This document shows positions 27,674 to 37,255 of a stretch of 48,040 nt of DNA, piece by piece (positions within the stretch are counted from its first letter, which is position 1; each line of letters opens with the position of its first letter). The stretch covers positions 1 through 48,040 of the forward strand of contig JBDLQW010000041.1 of assembly GCA_039800365.1 (NCBI GenBank), given 5' to 3'. The translations under genes were made by a program, and so were the position numbers. This DNA comes from Pseudomonadota bacterium (GTDB taxonomy: Bacteria > Bdellovibrionota > UBA1018). The notes under the pieces were generated by a model, which was given only the letters and a program-made list of their open reading frames with translations, searched no databases and had not been told where the DNA came from.

Positions 27674-27695
27674 TTACGGCGAAGAGCTGATTTCC

Positions 27696-28673
27696 TCAGG
27701 GCTTCGTTTTGGTCGCAGCTGCAGGCGCTGCCTTGGCGGAGCATGGTGAGGGGATCTGGGGGTTCTCAAGTTGTTTTCGCAGATTCTCAGCAAAATCTGG
27801 GTTCACATTGAGCCGCTTCTCAGAAGCCTTAAAGATCGCAAGCGCATCTGGCCCTGAGTGAAAAATCAATTCGTTCAAAGTCTGGGTAACTGCAGCAGGC
27901 GTCAAGTTCGGACGTGCAAGAGCCTCTTTGAAAATGGTGTAGCGTTGAGCAGGACAATAAATCTTGAGTGCCCGAATCGTGGCGACCATCGTGAACTCAT
28001 CCGATGTCTTCACCTGGGTGATCAGCTTCGCGAAGAATTTTTCAACTTCGGGAGATCGAGGATTGAGGAAGAACACCTGGCTCACGAGGTAGATCCTCGC
28101 AGCCGGATCTAGAGTGCTACGATCCAGCTCTGATAGAATTGCTTTTACCAGCCCCTCGCGCGCTTCGGGATTCGAGTTCAATCGCATCTCCGCAATCATG
28201 AAGCGAGCCTTCTCCTGATCACTCTTGGCGGCGGCCTTGCTTTCCTCGAGTAGCTTGAGTTTCTCGGGATGATTTCGAGTGCCTAGCGCATCAATTGCTG
28301 CTTCCCGAACGAGAGGATTTTCAGATTGAAGTTGTTGTTTCAGAATTTTCAGGCCTTCGGAAGAGGTGAAATAGCCCAATGCTCGTGTCGCCCAAGGAAC
28401 GATCTGGGTGTTGTTTCGTTTAATTTGCTCTTCGATAAAATCGAGTGCCTCGGAATTCTCTTGAATCGCAAGGCGCATCAGCGCTTGGCTTTTTTCAGGT
28501 AAAGAGGCTTTATCGTTTTCGAGGGTTTCGATGTCCTTCTCTACCTGTGCAGATTGGCCAGAAGAACTGCCAGATCTGAAGAAGCCTTTTTTCGATACAA
28601 AGAAGGTCACTCCGGCGATGACGACGAGGATTGCGATCGTGACGGCCACGGGCTTTTTCAAAAAAGTGTTCAT
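27696..28673 (-). CDS. Membrane-anchored HEAT/ARM-like repeat protein, function unknown
   Basis: N-terminal TM (VAVTIAILVVIAGVTFFV). Helical repeats with a HEAT-like signature (NPLVREAAIDALG). Confidence 0.65.
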   Translation of the reverse strand: MNTFLKKPVAVTIAILVVIAGVTFFVSKKGFFRSGSSSGQSAQVEKDIETLENDKASLPEKSQALMRLAIQENSEALDFIEEQIKRNNTQIVPWATRALGYFTSSEGLKILKQQLQSENPLVREAAIDALGTRNHPEKLKLLEESKAAAKSDQEKARFMIAEMRLNSNPEAREGLVKAILSELDRSTLDPAARIYLVSQVFFLNPRSPEVEKFFAKLITQVKTSDEFTMVATIRALKIYCPAQRYTIFKEALARPNLTPAAVTQTLNELIFHSGPDALAIFKASEKRLNVNPDFAENLRKQLENPQIPSPCSAKAAPAAATKTKP

Positions 28674-28778
28674 GAATTCAAGTGTAGCTGAACTGAGAGA
28701 GAATTCGAGGGCGACTTCATCGGGATTCGTTTAGCGCTTGTCAGACCGTCGCGATGCATTTACGTTCTTGCGGCCGCG

Positions 28779-29366
28779 ATGAATCATTGTCACTTGCCAA
28801 CCCCGATAGGAACTCTCCTGCTGACTTGGAATAGTCGGGGTGCTGTCGCGCGTGTCGATTGGTTGCCCCTTTCGGGTCAGATGCCGTCAGATGAACCTCT
28901 TTTACCGGGGCTTTTCGTCGGATCGTTAGCATCGAAGGCGCTTGAAGCGATTCGCGCCTATTTTTTGACGGGCGAGCCTTTAGATCAGGCGCTCGGCTTT
29001 TTTGAGTCGGAGGATTCCTCGTCTGGCGGCGAGCGGTTCGACGAGCTTCTTGATGGCTCTTCATGGACGGAATTTGAGCGACAAGTTTACGGCGCCGTCA
29101 TGCGAATTCCTCATGGCGAGACCCGCACTTATTCCTGGGTTGCCGAGAAAATCGGGAGGCGTGGGGCAACCCGAGCTGTTGGTCAGGCTCTTCGAAGAAA
29201 TCGGCACCTTATTTTTGTGCCCTGTCACCGCGTTGTCTCTTCCCATGATGTGGGAGGGTACCTGGGTTCGGTTGACCCACAAGCTCCTGAGGTTCAATTC
29301 AAGCAGCGGCTCTTGGCCTGGGAGCACGCTTGGAGAAATCCTCTTTTTAGTTTTCTGAGCGCTTGA
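28779..29366 (+). CDS. ogt: Methylated-DNA--protein-cysteine methyltransferase
   Basis: Active-site PCHRVV, and YSWVAEKIGRRGATRAVGQAL. Confidence 0.85.
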   Translation: MNHCHLPTPIGTLLLTWNSRGAVARVDWLPLSGQMPSDEPLLPGLFVGSLASKALEAIRAYFLTGEPLDQALGFFESEDSSSGGERFDELLDGSSWTEFERQVYGAVMRIPHGETRTYSWVAEKIGRRGATRAVGQALRRNRHLIFVPCHRVVSSHDVGGYLGSVDPQAPEVQFKQRLLAWEHAWRNPLFSFLSA

Positions 29367-30456
29367 TCGTTTCGAGGGCAGTCTTCGTGAGATCCCGCCA
29401 GCTTTTTCCTTCTCGGGCTTTTGGGTCGAGTTGAAACTTCCGAACGGCCTGAGAGTGTTCCTCAAAACTTTTGGTGAAGACGTGTCTGCCGTCGTTTTGA
29501 GAAACGAAGAATAGAAACTCGCTCATCGATGGATTGAGGGCAGCCTCCAGTGCAAGCCTTCCTGGATTGGCAATCGGTCCGATCGGAAGCGCCGGAGTCG
29601 TATAAGTATTGAAAGGAGTGGGTGTGAGTAAATCCTGCTTCCGAATATTGCCCTGATAATTTTCCCACATTCCGTAGATCGTGGTGGGGTCGCTTTGAAG
29701 TCTCATCTTTTTTTGTAATCGATTGTGAAAAACAGAGCTGATCATGGGCCGCTCCTCGGCAGCGCCAGTTTCCTTTTCAATCATGGACGCCAGAGTCACG
29801 ATTTGGTGTTCGGTCAGTCCTAATTGCTCGATCTGAGCCGAGTACTTCGACTGAAGATCGGCCCACACGCTTCGGTATTTTCTGGTCATGATGGCCAGCA
29901 TCTCTTCAGGGCTCTGCAATCGAGTAAAGTGGTAGGTCTCGGGAAAAAGATATCCTTCAAGCGATGGGGGGAGGGGGGCCTTAAATCCCAGCTTGCTCAT
30001 GAATTCGGGACTTCGACAAAGCTCGAGAGTCCTCGCTCGAGAGGTAAGTCCGCTGCGTTCAATGGCATCGGCAATTTCAAAAATGTTCTCGCCCTCACGA
30101 ATCGTGATGGGATGTTGGATGCTCTGACCTGAGCCAAGAAGCTCGAAGATCTCCAAGGGGCTCATCCGGGGCGAAACCTCGTATTCCCCCATTTTAATGT
30201 TCTTCCATTTTCTCAAGACCCTGCCGAGAAGAACAAACGACTTGGCGCTAGATATGGTCTGAGTCTTCTCGAGTTGCAGAGCGAGCTCGGTGGGGCCCAT
30301 CCCCCGACCCACGAAGATCGTAGTGGTGCTTCCCTCAGAATTTGCTGGCTCGAGCCCAAATCGGGCGAGCTGCACTGTGGGAATACCCAAGGCGATGACG
30401 CCCAAAAGGGGGATCAAGGCGAAGATCCAACGGCGATTCGAGGATGAAGAGCGCAT
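29347..30456 (-). CDS. mltG: Endolytic peptidoglycan transglycosylase MltG (YceG-like)
   Basis: N-terminal TM plus YLFPETY and ASMIEKE motifs. Its 3-prime end overlaps convergent ogt by 20 nt. Confidence 0.85.
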   Translation of the reverse strand: MRSSSSNRRWIFALIPLLGVIALGIPTVQLARFGLEPANSEGSTTTIFVGRGMGPTELALQLEKTQTISSAKSFVLLGRVLRKWKNIKMGEYEVSPRMSPLEIFELLGSGQSIQHPITIREGENIFEIADAIERSGLTSRARTLELCRSPEFMSKLGFKAPLPPSLEGYLFPETYHFTRLQSPEEMLAIMTRKYRSVWADLQSKYSAQIEQLGLTEHQIVTLASMIEKETGAAEERPMISSVFHNRLQKKMRLQSDPTTIYGMWENYQGNIRKQDLLTPTPFNTYTTPALPIGPIANPGRLALEAALNPSMSEFLFFVSQNDGRHVFTKSFEEHSQAVRKFQLDPKAREGKSWRDLTKTALETIKRSEN

Positions 30457-30597
30457 GCCTCTCAGGGTCGCTTTTTTTCTTTACGGGCGCAAATGGCTTT
30501 GCTACCCGAAAAGCGTCCGCATTCTGGCGGGCGTCCAATCAACGATCAGTCAAAAAACTAGCGCCCCGTTCAGGTGTGCGATCCAGGAAAAATCGAA

Positions 30598-31845
30598 ATG
30601 CATTTACGTGAGCTGAAGGAAAAGAAAATCGGTGAACTGGTCGAGCTCGGCAAAGAGCTCGGAATCGAAAACGCGGGCGGCCTTCGCAAGCAGGATCTCA
30701 TTTTTGCTGTTCTCCAGAAAAAGGCCGAAAAAGATGAACACATTTATGCCGACGGAGTTTTAGAGTGTCTGCCCGACGGCTTCGGATTCCTTCGGGCTCC
30801 TGACTATAACTATCTGCCGGGGCCGGACGATGTGTACGTTTCGCCTTCGCAAATTCGTCGCTTCGGGCTTCGAACCGGCGATACGGTCAGCGGTTCGGTT
30901 CGTGCTCCAAAGGAAGGCGAGCGCTATTTTGCGTTGCTAAAAGTTGAGAACGTGAACTTCCAAACGGCTGAAATGAATTCAGAGAAAGTTCTCTTTGATA
31001 ATCTCACGCCGCTTTATCCCAACCAGCGCATCAATTTAGAGTACCAGCCCACCAACTACAGCACCCGAATCATCGATATGATGGTGCCGCTGGGCAAAGG
31101 ACAGCGCTGCCTGATTGTGGCGCCTCCTCGGGCCGGCAAGACCGTTTTGATGCAAGATATCGCCAACGCCATTACGACCAATCATCCTGAAATTAAGTTG
31201 ATTGTGCTTTTGATCGACGAGCGTCCAGAAGAAGTGACCGACATGCAGCGCTCGGTCAAAGGTGAAGTCGTCAGTTCTACTTTCGATGAGCAGGCTTCGC
31301 GTCACGTACAAGTGGCTGAAATGGTTCTCGAAAAGGCGAAGCGTCTAGTTGAGAACAAGCATGATGTGGTCATTCTCCTAGACTCCATCACTCGATTGGC
31401 GCGTGCCTATAACTCCGTGGTTCCTCCCTCGGGCAAGATCCTGTCTGGCGGGGTAGACTCCAATGCGCTTCATAAGCCGAAGCGCTTCTTCGGAGCTGCT
31501 CGAAACATTGAAGAAGGGGGCTCTTTAACCATTATCGCCACGGCGCTGGTTGAAACCGGCTCTCGAATGGACGAAGTGATTTTCGAAGAGTTTAAAGGAA
31601 CCGGAAATTCTGAAATCCACTTGGACCGTAAGTTGATGGAAAAGCGAATCTTCCCTTGTCTGGACATCAATAAGTCCGCGACAAGAAAGGAAGAAATGCT
31701 TCTTCCAAAGGACATGCTCACCCGACTTTGGATCCTGAGAAAGGTCCTTCATCCGATGAACACTTTGGATGCGATGGAATTCCTTTTGGATAAGGTCTCC
31801 CACACGAAGACCAATGAAGACTTCATCAAGGGGATGAGCGGTTAA
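30598..31845 (+). CDS. rho: Transcription termination factor Rho
   Basis: [17 protein letters not shown]-terminus, RNA-binding GFGFLR and Walker A PPRAGKT. Start placed at the ATG at 30598 rather than the ORF-track GTG at 30574. Confidence 0.93.
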   Translation: MHLRELKEKKIGELVELGKELGIENAGGLRKQDLIFAVLQKKAEKDEHIYADGVLECLPDGFGFLRAPDYNYLPGPDDVYVSPSQIRRFGLRTGDTVSGSVRAPKEGERYFALLKVENVNFQTAEMNSEKVLFDNLTPLYPNQRINLEYQPTNYSTRIIDMMVPLGKGQRCLIVAPPRAGKTVLMQDIANAITTNHPEIKLIVLLIDERPEEVTDMQRSVKGEVVSSTFDEQASRHVQVAEMVLEKAKRLVENKHDVVILLDSITRLARAYNSVVPPSGKILSGGVDSNALHKPKRFFGAARNIEEGGSLTIIATALVETGSRMDEVIFEEFKGTGNSEIHLDRKLMEKRIFPCLDINKSATRKEEMLLPKDMLTRLWILRKVLHPMNTLDAMEFLLDKVSHTKTNEDFIKGMSG

Positions 31846-31860
31846 AACATTCCTGATCGA

Positions 31861-31896
31861 CCAGGGGGGTCATTGACCCGCACCTGGATTTTTGTT
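31861..31896 (+). terminator. Stem-loop plus T-tract after rho and 15 nt before rpmE
   Basis: CCAGG-G-GGGTC-ATT-GACCC-GCA-CCTGG, followed by ATTTTTGTT. Confidence 0.55.
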
Positions 31897-31911
31897 AACA
31901 GAGGCGAACTT

Positions 31912-32112
31912 ATGAAACAGGCTATTCATCCGCAGTATGTTGAAACGACCGTGTCCTGCGCTTGCGGGCACGTGATTGAAACTCGGGCAACGACCGAGAA
32001 TATCAAAGTAGAAATTTGCTCGAACTGTCACCCGATGTGGACAGGCAAGCATAAGCTTCTCGACACCGAAGGTCGTGTTGAGCGGTTTATGAACAAGTAC
32101 AAGAAAAAGTAA
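31912..32112 (+). CDS. rpmE: 50S ribosomal protein L31 (zinc-binding type)
   Basis: MKQAIHPQY; CxC...CxxC (SCACG, CSNCHP); FMNKYKK. ATG at 31912 preceded by AGAGG. Confidence 0.9.
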   Translation: MKQAIHPQYVETTVSCACGHVIETRATTENIKVEICSNCHPMWTGKHKLLDTEGRVERFMNKYKKK

Positions 32113-32136
32113 GGGACGTTGTCTCTGATTTTTTCC

Positions 32137-32179
32137 AAGGCCCTGGGCGCTTGATTGCGACCGGGGCCTTGTTCTTTTT
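32137..32179 (+). terminator. Rho-independent terminator after rpmE
   Basis: 10-bp stem AAGGCCCTGG / CCGGGGCCTT (one G-U pair), followed by GTTCTTTTT. Confidence 0.6.
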
Positions 32180-32204
32180 AATTCCGAGTCAGTAGACTGA
32201 GACT

Positions 32205-33287
32205 ATGGCGGCCATCTTCGACAAGCTCCACAGTGTTGAGCAGCGTTTCTTAGAACTCGAGTCACGTTTGGCTGACCCTTCTCTTGCGGATCAGCCTGGA
32301 GAGTTTCGTAAGCTCTCGCGTGAGCACGCGTCGTTACAAGAGCTGATCGAGGAATTTCGGAATTACAAATCGATTGAGCAAGAGATCACTTCGAATCGCG
32401 GACTCCTTGAGGATGCCGACAACGATATTTCGCAAATGGCTCGCGACGAGCTTCGTCGCCTCGAGCCAGAGCTCGAGGGTTCTAAACGCAGGCTTCAGAT
32501 TCTCTTGCTTCCCAAAGATCCCAATGACGAAAAAAACGTGATGTTTGAAATTCGTGCGGGGGCGGGAGGCGATGAGGCTGCGCTTTTTGTGGGCGAGCTT
32601 TTTCGGCTGTATCAGCGCTATGGCGAGCGACAGGGCTGGAAGGTTGAAGTTTTGTCGGCGAATTCCACGGGCATCGGTGGCTTTAAAGAAATCATTGCGA
32701 TGATTGAAGGCCAAAAGGTCTTTAGTCGATTGAAATGGGAGGGGGGCGTTCATCGAGTGCAACGGGTGCCTGCCACTGAGGCTCAAGGCCGAATTCATAC
32801 TTCCACGGTCACGGTTGCGGTTCTTCCCGAAGCAGAAGATGTCGATGTTGCTATTAATCCTACCGACCTGCGAATCGATGTTTTTCGCTCGGGAGGCGCG
32901 GGAGGCCAGGGCGTGAATACGACGGATTCTGCAGTGCGAATCACTCATATTCCCAGCGGGCTTGTTGTGGTCTGTCAGGACGAGCGTTCTCAGCATAAAA
33001 ATAAAGACAAAGCGATGAAGATCCTGCGATCTCGACTTCTTGAGGCTGAGCAAGAGCGTGCAGCGCGCGAACATTCCGATGCTCGAAGAACCATGGTGGG
33101 CACTGGAGATCGAAGTGAGCGAATTCGTACGTATAATTTTCCTCAGGGACGCCTGACCGATCACCGAATCGGCCTCACGCTTTATCAGCTGCCCGAAGTG
33201 ATGGAGGGCAAGATTGACGAGATCCTCGACGGTCTTCAGGCGTACTATCAGGTGGAGGCCTTGAAGGCTCAGGGAATCGCAGGCTGA
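32205..33287 (+). CDS. prfA: Peptide chain release factor 1
   Basis: GGQ motif ([11 protein letters not shown]) and the RF1-type P-x-T tripeptide (PATE). Confidence 0.93.
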   Translation: MAAIFDKLHSVEQRFLELESRLADPSLADQPGEFRKLSREHASLQELIEEFRNYKSIEQEITSNRGLLEDADNDISQMARDELRRLEPELEGSKRRLQILLLPKDPNDEKNVMFEIRAGAGGDEAALFVGELFRLYQRYGERQGWKVEVLSANSTGIGGFKEIIAMIEGQKVFSRLKWEGGVHRVQRVPATEAQGRIHTSTVTVAVLPEAEDVDVAINPTDLRIDVFRSGGAGGQGVNTTDSAVRITHIPSGLVVVCQDERSQHKNKDKAMKILRSRLLEAEQERAAREHSDARRTMVGTGDRSERIRTYNFPQGRLTDHRIGLTLYQLPEVMEGKIDEILDGLQAYYQVEALKAQGIAG

Positions 33288-33289
33288 CG

Positions 33290-34204
33290 ATGAGTGACGA
33301 TCGTGTGCCTTCAGCTCTCGAGAAATATTTTCAAGATTTTTCAGCAGCCCTACCTCAGCACGAGCTCGAGCTTTTTCTAGAGGCAGCTTTTCATCGAGAG
33401 TTTCCTCGGCTTCCGCGTTTGACTCGTTCACAACTTTACAGTGGAGATCGTCTCATCGAAGGCGATTGGATGACTCAGGCTCGCATCTGGGCCGAAAAGC
33501 GTCGAGCAGCTCGAGTCCCCCTTCAGCATTTGGTTCGTGAGCAGTGTTTTTATGGCCGGTATTTTGAGGTCGGCCCAGAGGTCTTGATTCCACGTCCTGA
33601 AACTGAGGTTTTGGTTGAGGCGGTTTTGAGCTGGATTTCGAGACAGCCAGTCACTGGCCGTTCGCTTGTGGGAGCCGAGATTGGAACCGGGAGTGGCGTC
33701 ATTCCAGTGACCTTAGCTCTGGAGTGCCCATCGCCCTTGCGTCTGTTTGCGACTGAAGTCAGTCCCGAGGCCTTGTTTCGCGCTCAACGAAACGCCGAGC
33801 TTTTGCGAGTTCCCTCCCAATCAATCGAATGGGTGGAAGTGATCGATCCCTCCGATGTGTTGCAGACGCTTCAGTCGCGACTGGCAGCTAGGTCCACTCC
33901 GTTAGACTTCATTGTGAGTAACCCGCCGTACCTCAGAAATGATGCGTCTGAGGTAGAAAGCGAGGTGGCGCGATTTGAGCCTCCGCAATCGTTGTTCGCT
34001 CCCGAGCAGGATCTGCTCTACTATTATCGAGAGATTTCGCTGAGGGCGTCCCTCACGCTTCGTCCCGGGGGGAGGGTTTTTCTTGAGATTCCCCACGAGA
34101 GAGCCCTTGAGATTCGCGCGCTTTTTGAGGGGTCCTATGAGGACCTTCGAATTCTTAAAGACCTTTCCGGAAGAAACCGGGTTTTAGAAGCTAGGGTGAA
34201 ATGA
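33290..34204 (+). CDS. prmC: Release factor glutamine N5-methyltransferase
   Basis: NPPY motif (IVSNPPY) and SAM-binding GTGSG. Immediately downstream of prfA. Confidence 0.88.
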   Translation: MSDDRVPSALEKYFQDFSAALPQHELELFLEAAFHREFPRLPRLTRSQLYSGDRLIEGDWMTQARIWAEKRRAARVPLQHLVREQCFYGRYFEVGPEVLIPRPETEVLVEAVLSWISRQPVTGRSLVGAEIGTGSGVIPVTLALECPSPLRLFATEVSPEALFRAQRNAELLRVPSQSIEWVEVIDPSDVLQTLQSRLAARSTPLDFIVSNPPYLRNDASEVESEVARFEPPQSLFAPEQDLLYYYREISLRASLTLRPGGRVFLEIPHERALEIRALFEGSYEDLRILKDLSGRNRVLEARVK

Positions 34205-35463
34205 TGGATCAGATGAAAATCGTTGGTGGCAAGGCGTTATGTGGCGAAGTGGAAGTGAGTGGAGCCAAGAATGCAGCACTTCCAATTTTGGTTTCAGCCA
34301 TCCTGGCAACCAAGCCGTGTCGATTTGAACGAGTGCCAGACTTAATGGATATTCGCACGCTGGGTAAGCTGTTGCAAAATATGGGGATGGGGGTGCAGTT
34401 CGAGCGTGAGGCTAATTGCGCGATTTTAGATCCCACGACAATCCATTCCCAAGAAGCGCCCTATGATCTGGTGAAGACGATGCGGGCTTCAGTTTTTGTG
34501 CTCGGACCGCTGGTGGCGAAATATGGCTACGCCAAAGTCAGTTTGCCCGGGGGGTGCGCGATCGGGGCCCGGCCGATTAACTATCATTTGACGGGTTTAG
34601 AGAAGCTCGGCGCTCAAATCCAGCTCGAAGAGGGTTACGTTGTCGCGAGCGCGAAACGTCTGGTGGGAAATCGTGTGGCGTTTGAATATCCCAGCGTTGG
34701 GGCGACCGAGAACATCTTGATGGCAGCCGTTTTGGCAAAGGGCGAGTCAGTGTTGGAGAATTGCGCGAAAGAGCCCGAGATTGTTGATCTTGCCCGAGCG
34801 CTTCGAGCCATGGGGGCGACGATCGAAGGAGAGGGTACCGAGACGATTCGGGTTCAGGGGAAGGATCATTTGGGAGCGTGCGACTACCGGGTGATTGGTG
34901 ATCGGATTGAGGCAGGAACATTCTTGTCAGCGGCCTTTGCGACTGGCGGAGAAGTGCGAGTGAATGGCTTAGACTCTGAATTTCTCGAGCCTGTTCTCGT
35001 CAAATTCGAAGAGTCTGGAGCTGTCATTGAGCGTGGCGCGAATTCTATTTTCTTGAAAAGTCACGGTCGTCCAAAGGCAACGGATGTGACCACTTTGCCA
35101 CATCCTGGGTTTCCAACCGATATGCAGGCCCAGTTCATGGCTGCAATGACGATTGCTGATGGAACTTCTGTGATCACCGAGACTGTTTTTGAGAATCGAT
35201 TTATGCACGTTCCAGAGCTCACTCGGCTTGGTGCGGATATTTCGGTGAAGGGAAAGAGTGCCGTCGTCAAGGGTAAGGCTGGGCTCAAGGGTGCGCCCGT
35301 GATGGCGACAGACCTTCGTGCGAGCGCCAGCCTGATCATCGCCGGGCTTTGCGCCAAGGGCGAGACTGTGGTCAGCCGCATTTACCATCTCGACCGGGGA
35401 TATGAGCGAATGGAGTCGAAACTTCGCGCCCTTGGGGCAACCATTGAGCGAGTGTCTGAGTAA
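34201..35463 (+). CDS. murA: UDP-N-acetylglucosamine 1-carboxyvinyltransferase
   Basis: SGAKNAALPIL and the active-site Cys loop PGGCAIGARP. ATGA overlap with prmC. Confidence 0.93.
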   Translation: MMDQMKIVGGKALCGEVEVSGAKNAALPILVSAILATKPCRFERVPDLMDIRTLGKLLQNMGMGVQFEREANCAILDPTTIHSQEAPYDLVKTMRASVFVLGPLVAKYGYAKVSLPGGCAIGARPINYHLTGLEKLGAQIQLEEGYVVASAKRLVGNRVAFEYPSVGATENILMAAVLAKGESVLENCAKEPEIVDLARALRAMGATIEGEGTETIRVQGKDHLGACDYRVIGDRIEAGTFLSAAFATGGEVRVNGLDSEFLEPVLVKFEESGAVIERGANSIFLKSHGRPKATDVTTLPHPGFPTDMQAQFMAAMTIADGTSVITETVFENRFMHVPELTRLGADISVKGKSAVVKGKAGLKGAPVMATDLRASASLIIAGLCAKGETVVSRIYHLDRGYERMESKLRALGATIERVSE

Positions 35464-35478
35464 CGGAGGCGCGAATTC

Positions 35479-35829
35479 ATGCAGAATTCTTCGTGTGTTT
35501 TTTGCAAAATTATTGGGGGCGAGATTCCTTCTGCGCGGGTTTACGAAGATTCAGACTTTATTGTGATTCGCGATATCCAGCCTCAGGCTCGTACGCATCT
35601 TTTGCTGATTCCGAAGGTACATTTAGACGCCCTAGATGATGCGTCGGTTGACGGTGAGCGTGTTCGTTCGACGATTCTTGGGGTGGCAGTTCAAGTTGCG
35701 CAGAGCGAGGGACTATCTGAGAACGGCTACCGCCTGGTAACCAATGTTCGAGAGTGGGGAGGTCAGACCGTACGGCATTTGCATTTGCATGTGCTTGGGG
35801 GCGAGCCGCTTCGAGGTCGGTTCGCTTAG
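35479..35829 (+). CDS. HIT-family (histidine triad) nucleotide hydrolase/transferase
   Basis: CVFCKI N-terminus and the histidine triad HLHLHVLGG. Confidence 0.88.
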   Translation: MQNSSCVFCKIIGGEIPSARVYEDSDFIVIRDIQPQARTHLLLIPKVHLDALDDASVDGERVRSTILGVAVQVAQSEGLSENGYRLVTNVREWGGQTVRHLHLHVLGGEPLRGRFA

Positions 35830-35839
35830 TGGTTTTTTT
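35801..35839 (+). terminator. Possible terminator overlapping the 3-prime end of the HIT gene
   Basis: 8-bp stem GCGAGCCG / CGGTTCGC (one G-U pair). A T7 tract starts 7 nt downstream. Confidence 0.4.
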
Positions 35840-35908
35840 GTTCCCGCCCGCTGGCTTTTGGGTGTGTTCTGGTTCCATTGCCTCATAGAAATCACGTACA
35901 GTGTCGAC

Positions 35909-36607
35909 GTGAAGCGAGTATTGATCGTCGATACAGATGGGCAGTTGAGATCGAATTTGAAGTGCGTGCTCGAGCGACAGTTCGAGGTTCTTGAAGCAGA
36001 GAGCGTTTCAGCAGCAGTTCAGTTTTTAGGAAGAAATCACCCCGACTTGATCTTTCTGAATGAGTCGTTGATCGACGTGTGCTCTCGAGTTCGAGCAAAT
36101 CCTGGGACTCGTTGCATTCCCGTGTTTGCTTTCGTTGATCCTTCGAGATTCGATTCATCTGTCGGACGTGGGCTTCGTCGAGCTGCTCTTTTGGATCTCG
36201 GAGTTGATGATGTCCTCGAAATCGATTTTTTTCCCGAAGAGCTTTTGGCGCGCGTGCGCTCGCGTTTGCGTTTGAGGCGTTTCGAACTGGACGAAGAGGT
36301 CGAGTGCGCTGCCGGAAATTTGAGGCTAGAGCCCTCGACTCTATCGGCTCGCCTTGACGGTCAGCGAATTACCTTAACTCCTACCGAGTTCGATCTTCTT
36401 CGTTACTTTCTTCTGCAGGTCGGCCGTGTGGTTCTTCGGCGAACGCTCTTAGGCGATCTGTGGCCCGATGCCGTGGTCACTCGCCGGACGATCGACACTC
36501 ATGTCGCTAACTTGCGAAAAAAGCTGGTGGGATTCGATCATGCTTTTGAAACCATCTATGGGTCTGGCTATCGTTTGGCTCCCCAAGAGCGAGCGGCTTC
36601 GGCCTGA
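35909..36607 (+). CDS. OmpR/PhoB-family winged-helix regulator with degenerate (pseudo-)receiver domain
   Basis: wHTH region LTPTEFDLLRYF...RTIDTHVANLRKKL...GSGYRL. Receiver-like N-terminus KRVLIVDTDG, but PDLIFLN replaces PDLILLD. Start placed at the GTG at 35909 (no SD). The ORF-track ATG at 35744 overlaps the HIT gene by 86 nt. Confidence 0.75.
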   Translation: MKRVLIVDTDGQLRSNLKCVLERQFEVLEAESVSAAVQFLGRNHPDLIFLNESLIDVCSRVRANPGTRCIPVFAFVDPSRFDSSVGRGLRRAALLDLGVDDVLEIDFFPEELLARVRSRLRLRRFELDEEVECAAGNLRLEPSTLSARLDGQRITLTPTEFDLLRYFLLQVGRVVLRRTLLGDLWPDAVVTRRTIDTHVANLRKKLVGFDHAFETIYGSGYRLAPQERAASA

Positions 36608-36615
36608 CGCTGTGA

Positions 36616-37035
36616 TTACCCTGCCTTGTCAACAACGACCCCTTTTTTGAAGCGCTGAACCGAGCGCTTGGTGCCCGAGGCTTGGCGGTATTTGCGAAGT
36701 CCTTGAGGACGAGAGCTGATGGGGTGTCGGAGGAGTTCGTCGTGAAGCGCTGTCCAGTTGGCGCTCTCGAGCTGATCGGAGGGTGGCGGTGTCGGGATCG
36801 GATTTTCAGAATCCTTTTCGGCGGATTGGGGTTGAGGGTCTTGAGGAGAGGGGGGCGCGCTTGAGGCTTGTCGCCACTGTGGATCAGGAGCGGGCTCTCG
36901 GAAGCCTGCCCCTTGAGGCAAGTCGCCATCACTGGCACTGGACTCGCTTGCTTCTTGAGGGGGTTGCGCCTCCTCAGTCGAGCTGGCAAGCCAGTGTCCT
37001 AGGGTTAAGCCTACTTTTGAAACCTTCGGAAGCAT
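36616..37035 (-). CDS. Hypothetical Pro/Gln/Ser-rich, probably disordered protein with a basic C-terminus
   Basis: ATG at 37035 is preceded by GAGGAAG with a 5-nt spacer. Convergent with the regulator gene and divergent from the SPT-like gene. No recognisable domain. Confidence 0.45.
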   Translation of the reverse strand: MLPKVSKVGLTLGHWLASSTEEAQPPQEASESSASDGDLPQGAGFREPAPDPQWRQASSAPPSPQDPQPQSAEKDSENPIPTPPPSDQLESANWTALHDELLRHPISSRPQGLRKYRQASGTKRSVQRFKKGVVVDKAG

Positions 37036-37255
37036 GGGTCTTCCTCACGATGATTGCGCACCGCGCCTAGGTGCGTAATCTGCTACTCATCTTCAAGTTT
37101 ACTGGAAGTTTTTACATCCGGCAGCTGTGTCGGTTTTGGCCTGTAAATTCATAGGTTTCGGTGTTGTTTCAAGCCCTTAACGCAAGTCGTTGACCTGAGA
37201 ATTTCTGGATGCTAAACGGGCAGCTCAAGTATTTTCCTTCAGGAGACTTTTGTTC

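Noticed and set aside
27539-27695. Possible SRP (4.5S/ffs) RNA upstream of dnaX, as found in several bacteria.
   Set aside because: Neither strand shows the conserved domain IV sequence (GGUCCGGAAGGAAGCAGCC-like). The region is better explained by one GC-rich hairpin plus a promoter-like segment.
32334-33431. A 365-aa ORF antisense to prfA/prmC. Similar long antisense ORFs lie at 22136-23092 (S8 protease), 37169-37936 (SPT-like), 39103-39738 (GNAT/ruvC), 18428-19054 (ftsA) and 20599-21222 (ftsZ).
   Set aside because: These are codon-aligned shadow frames. Antisense stops correspond to sense TTA/CTA/TCA codons, which these genes rarely use. The antisense prfA ORF ends exactly at a sense Leu TTA codon (32334-32336). 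The translated products are low-complexity with no motifs and no visible SD, and every sense gene is a confidently identified housekeeping gene.
36507-36989. An alternative 160-aa minus-strand ORF overlapping the 3-prime end of the regulator gene.
   Set aside because: It overlaps the regulator by about 100 nt and has no SD. The 36616-37035 frame has a good SD and fits the gap cleanly.
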